NCBI RefSeq assembly: GCF_009914755.1
Contig: NC_060928.1
DNA: 64,000 nucleotides
Direction: 5' to 3' (one strand)
DNA from: the human T2T-CHM13v2.0 reference genome, Homo sapiens
Part shown: piece after piece, positions 15,813-27,218 of the stretch
Layout: each line of letters opens with the position of its first letter
Position numbering within the stretch: the stretch's first letter is position 1
The notes under the pieces: generated by a model
Databases searched by the model: none
Told to the model about the DNA's origin: nothing
What the model saw: the letters and a program-made list of their open reading frames with translations, nothing else
Position numbers and translations under genes: made by a program

Positions 15813-17614
15813 GCCCAGACCCAATCTTAATAGGGCAACTGATAAGAATAGTGTAAAAAAAAAAATTATAAAGGATGGTTTTCAAGAATGCAATAAAACT
15901 ACCACTATAGTAGAAACTGTAGAGTCCATAGAGAAGACAGCTTCTGTCAATATCACATAAATGCATATATGATTACTCCATAGCTTAATTCACAGTGTTT
16001 TAGCACATAATGGTGCTTCTGCAGCAATGTTAGAAGTAGCCCAGACTCTGGTTTTCAAGTAAAAGATAAACTTCTTGCTGAGAAAATATCATATTTTATT
16101 CTGTGTGAGTGTTGCATTGTTTCATGTGAAGCATCAGAATGTGAGTAAAATGGAAATTCCCATCTTTATATCTGGCAGTTGATTTTGGCTTGGTCTGAGA
16201 GCAGAATTTTTGTATTCTTGGTATGTCTAGGAGCCAAAAAAGTACAAATATGATTTAGACATTATTTGAAGGGAGATAGTACTACTGGCATCACTCTAAA
16301 AATTTTCAGAAGAAAAATTGTTTAGACCTTGGGAAAAAACAAAGTCAAGAAAATGAATTTCAACAAGAAACACATTACTTACATGATTTAATAGATAATT
16401 TTGGCCCTGAAACTAAGTTTGTGTTTCCTTAAAATTTATTACTTGAGGATATGAGAGACCAAATTTGTAGCTGATATTGACAACAATTTATTGTGGAGGC
16501 AAGGATTATTGATATTCTTCTTGTAGTGGGAAAAACCATACAATTGTAGTTGTCTTCCTTGAATTACTGAAATTAGAATGTTTCTGAACTAAAAGTCTGT
16601 TGGCAGCAGAATTGTTCTTCTTTGGCCTTTGTGTAATGTGATCAGCCTATTTTTTTTTTTTTTTTGGTATTGGAAATTTGTTAAGACCTCTGTTAGCATT
16701 GTAAGATTTACCTGCATTTTTGCTGAAACACTTAAGGACTAAATATTATGTGCAAAATTATTTTATTTTAGAGGTGAACAATCTAAGAGGTGACTAGCTT
16801 ATTTGACAGCATTGTTGAGTCAGTTTAGCATTATGTACTATCATTAAAATAACGAACAATCTATATAGTATTCAGAATATTTAGAACATGTACTAGGAGT
16901 CCACTCTTCTTCAATATACCTGTTGGCCTTACCTGCCTTGGATTATTGATCTGTGCCTTTTGGCACAGTAATAACTGTTTACCCTGATCTTTTTGTTCCT
17001 TGCCTACTTGTAAGTATCATTTTTGCTGTGCTTCTTTCTGAGGATCATCACCTGTGTTCCAGCTCATCTCCCATGTCTAATGGAAGGCCTTGAACATGGA
17101 AGATGGCACCTCCATAATATGACAGGGGTACCTCTGAGCTTTTGAAATAATAATGAGCTTCCATGAAAGGACACAATGATAGCAGCAAACTGTCTTTCTA
17201 GAGACCCCCTTCACCTCTATAGGAGGTTTACATAGCTATTTCCTTTAGCACACTATGATTCAAATACAAATATTATTTTTAAATAAACTGAGGCTCAGGG
17301 AGTATGCATCTGAAACTCAATGTCTAACTTCTATTTGATTGAAGTAAGAAAGCCCATTCGAACAATATGAGAGTGGCTGTGCATGCAACAGGAAAGGAAT
17401 TAAGTATATTTAATTTACATTTTGGTGGCCCCTTGAGGTCAATATGCAGGATCCCAAACCTAAGCTCAAAATATAAATCATCAAGATTTCCAGCATGCAT
17501 GTTTTCCTTTATTTTTTTTCCCTATAAAGAAAGGTCAGTGGGAAATGTTTACACTTCCAAATGTATTGGATTTCTGAGAATGTATTCCCCTTTTAAAATA
17601 ATGTATCATTTTAG

Positions 17615-17823
17615 TTATGATGTCCAATATGGCAGACCCTAGTCATAAGTGGATATGTAAATTTAAATTAATTACAATTAAATACAATTAAAAAGTTACT
17701 TTTTAAAATGCGCTAGCTACATTTCAAGGGCTCAACAGCCATATTTCACTAGTGGCTATCATATGGGACAGGGTGATAACAGGGCATTTCTCTCATTGCA
17801 GACATTTCTATTGGAAAGTGTTG
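17615..17823 (-). mobile_element. MER3 (hAT-Charlie)
   Basis: tgtccaatatggcag...ctagctacatttcaagggctcaacagcc...ttctattggaaagtgttg; ~209 bp. Confidence 0.8.
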
Positions 17824-17969
17824 CTGATTAAGCCACTGTAGGCAAAAGTCACTGAAATGTAGATAATAATAAAATGTCTTTTTTCATTATTTGTGTGCTT
17901 TTCTAAAGGTGTTTAGAAAAACCCTATCATATATGATTTTGTTACACATGTTTGTGAGAAAGAAGTCAG

Positions 17970-18595
17970 TGTGATGATTAACTTTATATATCAACTTGAC
18001 TGGGCTAGGGAGTACCTAGATGTTTGGCCAGACATTATCCTGGATGTGTCTGTGAGGGGTTTCTAGATGAGATTAAAATGTAAAGCAGTAGACTGTGTAA
18101 AGCAGATTGCCCTCCCTAATGTGGCAGGCTCTCGTCCCATCCACTGCGGACCTGAATAGGAGAAAAAGGCTGAGTAAGAGGGAAATCCTTCTGCCTGACT
18201 GATTGAGTTAGGACATTGGTCTTTTCTGGTCTTCAGACGGGACTGAAACATTAACTCTTCTTGACTTTAAAACTTACTAGCTTTGGGACTGGAACTTACA
18301 CCATTGGCTCTCCTGGATCTCCACCCAGCCGACTGCAGATCTTGGGACTTCTTAGCCTCCATAATCACATAAGCCAACTCCTTGTAATAAATCTCTCTCT
18401 CTCTCTCTCTCCCTTTTTATCTCTCTCCCTCTTTCTCTCTCTCTCCCTCTTTCTCTCTCCCTCCCTCCCCCCGTGTGTGTGTGTGTGTGTATAAGTGTGT
18501 GTGTGCGTGTGTGTACACACACATCTATATCCACTATATCTGTATCCAAAAACACACATTCTATTGGTTCTGTTTTTCTAGAGAACCCTAATACA
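17970..18595 (+). mobile_element. ERVL solo LTR (MLT2B family)
   Basis: tgtgatgattaactttata...taaagcagattgccctccc...aataaatctctc...tctattggttctg...gagaaccctaataca (TG...CA). Confidence 0.9.
18392..18521 (+). repeat. Compound (TC)n/(TG)n/(CA)n microsatellite inside the MLT2B LTR
   Basis: Directly visible dinucleotide runs. Confidence 0.95.
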
Positions 18596-19874
18596 CCAAG
18601 AAAGGAAGGGAAATAAAGTTTTTGGTAAATAATTGAAAGGCGAAGTTAGTCCCTTGGATTTTCTTTCTTTTGTGTCTTAACAAGTTCCAGCCAGAAAACA
18701 ATCCAATAAAAGAGACATGTGCTCATCTGTGAGGCAAGCAAAGGTGAAAGGGGCAAAAAAACAAAAACAAAACAAAACAAAATAAAACAAAACACTGGAA
18801 ACAGCCAGATAGAGTAAATATGTAGGGAGAAAGATATGAGAATCAGACAACAAATGGCAAGTTTGACAAAATCTGGATTCTCAATAGCAAAATAAAATTA
18901 TGAGACTGAAGATTATTATTCAGGTTGAAGCTTAGGTATTTAAAAATATGACTGATTATTCTTCAGATGTCCACCTGGGTGGCTTAGGATTTTAGGAATC
19001 CCATTACACTGCTTAGAATAAAAATGGATGTACCTGGGCCTTTGTAAGCCATGGTTTCTGTACTCTTAGGCCTGAGCAACAGCTCAACGATGGAAGATAC
19101 TGCGATTTAGTAGCATACAAAAGACCGCTGAATCATCACCATGTGCAAACAAATACGCAAACACCCATTCTTTTTCATGATTGAAGAAGTAAACAAGGGT
19201 GGTATTAATTATCTGGCTAAAATAAATTATAATGAATGCAAACTCATTACTGTTTAAATCGATGCATGCATAGCAGAAGGTACATTTACTGAAGTCAACA
19301 TACTTAATTACATTTGGAGTAATAAAGAGAGTAGGCATGAAGTCGAATGTCTCTTGAGCCTAAACATTAATTTTGATCTAATTTTCTTTTCCTCAATGTT
19401 GAAAAAATGAAAAAGCAAACAAAATTAAGAGACCAATGTTAACTTTATTAGCGTTGTTAACAGGGGATTTTAAGCTGTTTGTACCATGTGTTTTCCACAT
19501 TGTGATCCAAGAAAGGTCACTTGATTTTAAAGCCAATAATGTTCTTATAAGTATAAAGGTAGCCATATGGCATTTCTCATTCTACAAGAATACAGGTGAC
19601 ATATATAAAGCTTCAAGAGCCACAGTGACAAAACCAAGGGATACACAGAATTCTGACACTGTGGAATGAGAGTCTTTATGACACTTGAGTTTTTGTCCAA
19701 AAATTGTTTTCTTTCTTTAATCTGTTTCTCTTTCCAAACAATGTCGAGATTTTTAAAAATTTAATAATTCTTCAGTTTTACATATTTTCTGTTAGCATGG
19801 GGTTTTGTGATCTTGCTTAAACTTTCAGATGACTTTATGTTGTTTTCCCAAATAAAATGTTAAAACTCCTATTC

Positions 19875-19962
19875 AGACTTCTTCATAGCACCTAGCAGAG
19901 TGTTGGGCAAAAAGGTATATTGCTGGGTAAATAATTGTTAAATGAGTAAATGAAGAATGAAA
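19875..19962 (+). mobile_element. L2 3' end fragment
   Basis: catagcacctagcagagtg...taaataattgttaaatgagtaaatgaagaatgaa. Confidence 0.6.
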
Positions 19963-20589
19963 CCCCTGATATCTATGAAAACAGATAACCCTGGCTGACA
20001 TGGTATTCTCTCAATTGAGGAGAAAACATCCTGGCCAGATAAATGGCCTGAAAATTATTCTCATTAGACTGCTTGGCTGTTAGAGATAGGTGTTCTGATT
20101 TAGAAGAGAGAGTTTTGATTTAAAAGAACCTGCCCACCACTTAGAGGATATAGGACTGTAGATCTCTTTGATTCTCTGTATCTGATCAGCATCTCCCATA
20201 CAGCCTCATCCTTAGATACATAAATGTTTGTCTTCAGCAAGAAAGTAATTTCTGTTGCCTTTTCTTCAGAAGAAATATTCGACTTTTAAAAACTGTGTTG
20301 TTTATGCTAGATTTCTCATGAGTAATAATTGGAGTATGGAAAGTGGGATATTAGTAAGTATTTCAGTATGCCATCCAATTTTAACATTCCCAGTTGGTGA
20401 AATAGGAATTTTAAAAATCTAATGACGTAGTGAAATGCTGCAAAGTTGGCAATTTCCTGCGTTGTGTTCTAGCAAAGGCCTGAAGATATTTGAGTGGAGC
20501 CCTGGTAATATCTGTTCTGAGTGAACAACTGGAGACAATTTTTCTCCAACTCCCTAAAACATTTGGCAATGTCTATAGAAATTTCTGAA

Positions 20590-22100
20590 ACCATATGTGA
20601 GTAAGTTGCCCACCTGATGCCCCATCAACCTCTAGGATTTTTAATAAACATTTCCTAAAAACAAGGACTTTATCCTACATAGCCACATGATAATCAAAAT
20701 TACAATGTTAAAATCAATACATTACCACTCTAATTCTCAGTCCTCATTCAAGTTTTGACAATTGACCAGTACCATCCTTTATGTCAAAAGGGTTCAACAG
20801 CGTGTTGTAGTTGTCACGTCTTTTTAGTCTCCTTCAGTTTAAGACAGCTCCCTGTCTTAAATTCAGCTTTCTGGATTACATAACTTTGCCCAGTTAACTT
20901 TTTAGAATGACTCTCCATCTGGGTTTATTTAATGTTGCCTTTTGATTATATTTAAGTTGTGCATCTTTGGCAGAATTGTCACAGAAATGATGCTATGTGC
21001 ACTTTCCTGGAATCTTTTCAGGTAGGGCACAATTTTGATTTGTCCCATCACTGATAATGTTTATTTTTATCACATGATATAAAGGTGATGTCTCCACAGT
21101 GAAGTTACTCACTGTAGCATATTTTCTGGGGAAGTACTTTAAAACTGTGAATAGCTCATTATCTGCCAAACTTTCAATTTATTCATTTAAATATATATGG
21201 ACTTGTGGTATCTTATTTTCTTCAATAACTTATAATCCATTATTTATCATTATTTATTTTGATGATCAACTTTTCCCTGATTAGCCAGTGAGAGCCCAGT
21301 ACAGCTGCCTTTTGTATTCTATTGATATGTTCTTATTCTTCTTTGGGCAACTCCTTGCTTTTTGACACAAGATATTCCAGGTCATCTTGTATGTTTCCCT
21401 GTCCCAGCCCTGGAATCAGGAATTTCTCCAAGAAGTCCTGGTTCCTTCTAGTGAAGAATAATATTTAGAATCCATGATCTGGAAGCCAGATGTGTTGATT
21501 ACTATTGGGATGTTTCTGCTGCTCTCTGGCACTCTCATCTGAGGAATTAGGCAGTTAGGGAGTTAGAGAGTTAGGGAGTTAGGGAAATAGGGACTTGGGA
21601 AATTAGGGTGCTCTCTCTCCACAAATTCACACCAACGCCTCCAATTCCATTATTACATCACAGGGTTCATCAGAGTTTTCTCACTTTGCATATTCATAAT
21701 ACCATTCTCCAACATTAAGAAATGTGGCTCTCATTATCCCTAATCTATTTACCTTATAATCTATGTCTGTGTATGTAACCCACTTCCCCTCTCCACAAGG
21801 AAGATGCCCTCTCCCTGTGGAGACCTGCCTCCTCGTGCTGGCTGTCCATGCTGTAGGTGCCCTTTTCATCACAAGCAGAAGGCACCTTCAGCAGGACTTA
21901 TTTTTCACCTGCCCCATCCAGGTCTCACCCACAGGTAGACACGCTCCTTGTATTGCTTGGGCCACCCCTTCATTTGGATTTCTCCCTCACCTAATTGGGC
22001 CGGGTGGTCCTGCATGGATGCCTTACCTATCCTGTTTTGATACTTCACATGAGGTTGCTCGCTTGCCAAGGGCCCTTGTCACCCTACACATTCTCTGAAG
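20590..22100 (-). mobile_element. Old L1 3' region (L1MC5-like)
   Basis: ttcctaaaaacaaggac, tctccacagtgaagttact, ccctggaatcaggaatttctccaagaagtcctggttcc; homologous to the element at 1-880. Confidence 0.7.
21545..21608 (+). repeat. Degenerate 8-bp tandem repeat (AGTTAGGG)x8
   Basis: Units aattaggc agttaggg agttagag agttaggg agttaggg aaataggg acttggga aattaggg. Confidence 0.9.
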
Positions 22101-24089
22101 TTTTCAATTGAAAACTGAGATGATTATATATTGGGACTCAGTGCCATTTTTATGGCAGTCTTGCTCTTGCTCTTCTTCCAGCCTGGTGAACCCCTTTTCT
22201 AAATGTGACAGCAGGTAGTAATTGCAGAAGCCATTGCAGGCAGGACTATGCCAGCTCTATCCCACCGGGAACTTAGAACTCTTCGTGGGAATAGGCACCG
22301 TGTCTTCAGGTTGTCAATCTTAAATACTTCTCACAATAACATCTCTTGAGACACCAGAAAAGACACCAACCATAGACAGTTATAGAGCTTCTCTTCTTCT
22401 ATGATAATCAAGATTTTGCAGCTAATAAAATTATTCACCACTTCCATTCACCCCTGCCCACTCTTTGCATGATCACCTTCCTAGAACTGAATGACTATAT
22501 TCTCAGCTGTTCATGCTTTGGGGTCTATGCTTTGGAATTTTTGCTGCAGATTTGAAAACTTCTCTCATTGCCACAGAATTCTAACCTCTGTACTCCAAAC
22601 CAATATGCACAGAAATTTGTGCAAACCTTTTTAAGGTCTTGTCATACTCTAGCAATGAGCTTAGTTTTCCATGCGAATTTTCACCTTCACAGAATCTCTA
22701 CTGATGCTCCATCTTGTAATCATAGGTTTTGGCTTGAGCTCTAGGTAGGCAGGCTGGCTGGTATGAGAGTCTTAGGACAGACTACTACCCTTTTGCCTCA
22801 CGTTGCACCGTGCAGCTGTGCAGCTTAGCTGGGTGCAGGGCTGGCCTTGGCTTTTATGACAAAGGGAAGGTTTGGGAACACAGGGACTATGCCAGCTGAA
22901 TTTAAAAAGCATCTGGACCCATTTTCTCCTATTCTCATTGCTGTTTTTAATTAGATATATTGTGTGGATTCCAGTGTGGAATTCTCTTGAGAGAGCAGAG
23001 GAAGTTGAATGTCATTCTCTGCTTTGTTACTCTTCCACAGAGCTTTTCTCTTGAATTTCCCCTTGATCAGTCTTGCTGTAATACTTGTCTCTGTTAAATA
23101 TAATAGAGTACTTTTAGACAGGAAGGGAGATGTCAAAAACTATAACTTTAGCAATTAAGGATTGACAACCATTCATAGTATATATGTATATTTCTTCTGT
23201 TTATTTTTATTTAAATAAATACGTTTTTCAATATGTGCTAAGAAATGAGGAAAACACAGGAAAATTATCTTGGCCTTTGGGTTTTTATAAAAAGCAATTA
23301 CTGAAAGCAACCTCTAAATTCACTGGAGAATTCCTATGTAAAATATATTTGTTAGAGTCAGGTGAAAGTCACACCAATTTTTTTTTTCTGGTGGATTTGT
23401 TGTGGGTTTTTCATAGTGCAACCCTTTTTTCACATGGATGTTCTTGCTGATTTAAATCTCAGAACTCAGAGTGACAGAGGGAGGGGCAAAACGACCCTAT
23501 AACAAAATATAAGACACCTGAAGATAGCGGGCCCATGCCGTCTATATGAGCCTGCCTGAGGCCTCCAGCAGCCCAGCCTGAAAATATAAATTCCTGAAAA
23601 CACTTAAAAGACACAAATATGTTTCCTAGGAGAGGGGCTGGAGTAATCCGTTTTCCTACCAGGTATTGTGGTAGCTTAGTTTTCCTACTTTCAAGTGGTG
23701 AAACTAGAAATTCGTGATAGGGGTGGGGATGAGTGGGCTGGTGGAGGGGTCAGAGCAGGACATTTGTCACACAGAGTGGGTAACTCGCTTAGGTGAAGGT
23801 AACTTTGCCAGGTGCCTGAGGGGGGCCTCTGGGTAGCATAAAGTCACTGGGCACCTGTGGAGAAAGGAGAGGAAGGGAGTAGATTGGGGCATAGAACCAA
23901 AGATTTTACAGCCTTGCTGAAAGATCACTTGAATGTGGCCACCAAAGAAAGTGTGATATTCTCTACAAGAGCCAAAGATGTTAGCAGTTTCCAGTTAGCA
24001 TAGCGTAGACCTTGGAGTTATGTTGGCTACAAAAGTATGTTTCAATATTTATTATCACTCCCCTTGTTATATTTGTGTGGTGATATAGC

Positions 24090-24300
24090 TATAGTTTAAT
24101 TACTTCCTATGTACCGGATGCCATACAAACAGGTGATATTGATGATCTCATTTAATCTGCTTAACATTTCTATGAAGTAGGTATTATTATCCATATATCC
24201 TCATTTCATAAATGTATAATCTGATCTTACAGGATGAAACAAAGTGATTAGCTCCAATTGACATGGCAGAGCCTGGATTTGACCCAGATTTCAAGGCTCT
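24090..24300 (-). mobile_element. MIR
   Basis: atctcatttaatctgcttaacatttctatgaagtaggtattattatcc...tggcagagcctggatttgacccag. Confidence 0.7.
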
Positions 24301-24417
24301 ATTTTATTGCATAGAGGTAGTACCTAAGAGGGCATTCACTCTGGAGGACCCTGTATTCTTTGATCGTAGCCCTATAAGCTCTATATGCTAACTGACTGAG
24401 ATGACCAGTTGCTTGCA

Positions 24418-24970
24418 GGATCAGTTAGCTTTTACTTTGTAATAAACCACCCGAAAACATAGTGACATTAAAAAAACACATTTATTTAGTTTGTGATTCT
24501 TTGGGTTGGCAATTTGAATAGGCTTGCTGAGCAGTTTTTGAGATCAGGGCCAGGTTCAACTATCTTTGACAGGACTCTCTCAGCTGACAGGGACCAGCTT
24601 TGACTACAGGGATGATCTTTCTTCATGGAGTTGATCATCCTTCAGTAGGCCAGTCTGTGGCTGTTCACATGGTGGCAGAAGTATTTCAAGAGCACCAAGA
24701 GATGCCTGAATGTGCAAGTACTTTTATGACTCTATTTGTGTCACATTCACTATATCTCCCATTGGCCTCAGCTGGTCACATAGCCAGCTGAGGCCAATGA
24801 ATCCAGACTCAAATTGACCCAGATTCAAATACTGGAGAAATGGACTGCACCTCTATCAAGAAGAATCTGCAACACCATTTTGCAAGGGCATCACATTGTG
24901 AATGTGTCACATTACTAAGTTCTGCATGCAGGGAGAGGAAGAATTTATAATCACTTTAGAGAATTTACCT
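24418..24970 (-). mobile_element. MaLR LTR (MLT1H-like)
   Basis: taataaaccacccgaaaacatagtg...gttcacatggtggcag...cccattggcc...ggtcacatagcc...ggagaaatggactgcacctc. Confidence 0.75.
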
Positions 24971-26359
24971 TGCTCGACTAACTCAGCCCAGTCCTTTTCC
25001 AAATGTATGGTGCTTCCTGTGGAGGAGAACCAGACAAAAATTAGGGATCTATCATAGAAAATCATTTTTCACAATGAACATAGACACACAAATCTGAAGC
25101 CCTGTCTTGTTGGCCAAATAGTAAAAGTGCTCATTGGCCTTAAGCAAATGCAAAATTTGGACTGCTAAGGTCATTATTCATACTTGTTTAGAAATTTCCT
25201 TTGTTAATTGGAAGGGTGAGTCTAAAAAATGTTTATAAACTATGTATACATTTTTAAAATGACTGTTTTGAAATAACTGTGGCAAAGGCATTCAAAAGAT
25301 AAAATACCCTTTTTTTGCAACTTGCTCTAAAATCCAAGGAAGCCTGTTAGTTTCCGCTTTGTATCTTCCCCATGAGGATTAAAAAGTGGGTGATTATATA
25401 ACTTAGAAAAGCTCAGAAAAAGCCAAATTTTTAAGGGAAATAACAGTGAAATGTCCCTTCAGGAAAAAAAAGGTTACCATTAAATGCCATGAGGAAAATG
25501 AATTACTATGACGAAAAAGAGAGATTTCCTTTATCACATGGAAATAAAAGGGACTTCCCTCAAGATTTTTAGCTCAAAATTTGTTTTGTGGTTGTGTGGC
25601 AGAAATGTTTTTAGTGCAATGTTTCATTTCCTTTCCAGTATTTTTGACTGCTATTGGGCCTGATTCTCTACCCCTGAAAGCACTAACCTGATTTATGTTG
25701 ACTAGGGTGCAGAGGTCCTGTTAGCATCGTGGCCGAAAAGCTTTCAACAAAAGCTTTGTCATCTCTCTACAGGAGAAGACTGTTATTCTGGGCCAGAATC
25801 CATTCCCTTGAGTGTAATGAATGCTCTCATAATCACTCCTTGTCAACAGGAGATACTTCATTATATGAAATCAAGATAAAATCTATACTAGAGGTGAAGA
25901 AAGTTTGAGATATAAGTCCTCAAACAGTGAAACAGAACTTTTCTTGACATCAAATCAGATATATAATTTAGAAAATATAAATACATATATTATCACAGTT
26001 TCAAATTTGACCTTTCTAATTTTTTGTGGCAAAGGATTATAGGAATAATTTTAGGTTAAGTTCTGGGAATTGTTCTTTTGGTAAACCTTGGCTTTGAGGT
26101 GTAAGTCTCCTAAGTCAAATTAATTTCATAATTATGTCCTTTAGATGATGAATAAGACATTTGATATTCTTTTGTGATATTTGTGAGTCACATATTATTG
26201 GCTGCAAGTTCATGGGCTCAATGCTGCTTTGCCAAAAGTGAGTTTCCAGAAGCTAATTCTCCAAACTCCATTCTCCAAATGGCATACTTGCAATCTGACC
26301 AATTTCTGAATTAAGTAGAAGTACATGTGGCTGAGCCCAGGCATAACCCTCACTGCTAC

Positions 26360-26990
26360 TGCTATAGTTTATATCAGGGGTGTCCAATCTTTTAGTTTCC
26401 ATGGGCCACGTTGAAAGAAGAGTTATCTTGGGCCACACATAAAATACACTAACACTAACTGTAGCTGATGAGCTAAAAAAATGGCAAAAAACCTCATAAT
26501 GTTTTAATGTTTTAAGAAAGTTTTATGAGTTTGTGTTGGGCTGCATTCAAAGCCCTCCTGGGCCACATGCGGCCTGCAGGTTGCACAGGCTTGATTTACA
26601 TGTTTGTCCCCGCAAGCCTCATGTTGAAGTTAGATCCCTGATGTTGGAGGCGGGGCCTAATGGAAGGTGTTTGGGTCATGAGAGTAGACAACTCAGGAAT
26701 GGCTTGGTACCACCCTGCTGGTATTAAATGAGCTCTCGCTCTTTTAGTTCCCATGGGAGCTGGTTGTTAAAAAGAGCCTGGCACCTCCCCTCTCTCTCAA
26801 TTCCTCTCTCTTGCTATGTGGTCTCTGCACACTCCAGCTACCCTCTGCCTTCTGCCATGAATGGAAGCAGCCTGAGACTTTCATCAGATGCCTAACCTTC
26901 CAGCCAGCAGAATCATGAGCCAAATAAGCCTCTTTTCTTTATGAATCACCCAGCCTCCGGTATTATAGCAAAGCTAACTGTTCTAAGACA
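26360..26990 (+). mobile_element. MaLR solo LTR (MSTA1/MSTB-like), interrupted by MER30
   Basis: tgctatagttt...gtttgtcccc...ctcatgttgaa...aaaagagcctggcacctcccc...agccaaataagcctcttttc...ctaagaca. Confidence 0.88.
26375..26593 (+). mobile_element. MER30 (hAT-Charlie)
   Basis: caggggtgtccaatctttt...cacataaaatacactaacactaac...gttgcacaggcttg; 8-bp TSD gtttatat / atttacat. Confidence 0.92.
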
Positions 26991-27218
26991 TTTGCTGTCA
27001 TAGCTGCTTTGTTCATAAGCCTGCTGGACAAGGGCAGAGGGGGCTGAGGGAGGAAATGAACTGATGTCTGCAGAAAGCAGTCATCCAATCCCCCTCACTA
27101 TTGAAATCCGCCTCTGCCAAAAGAATCCTTTGGTGAGCATCATGTAAGATACAAATACCTTCACATTCTGTGCCCATGGATGCAGATTTGTCCACATGTA
27201 TCTCACCCAGATCTTCTT

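Noticed and set aside
21545-21608. Interstitial telomere added by telomerase
   Set aside because: The period is 8 bp, not 6 bp; kept only as a G4/tandem-repeat observation.
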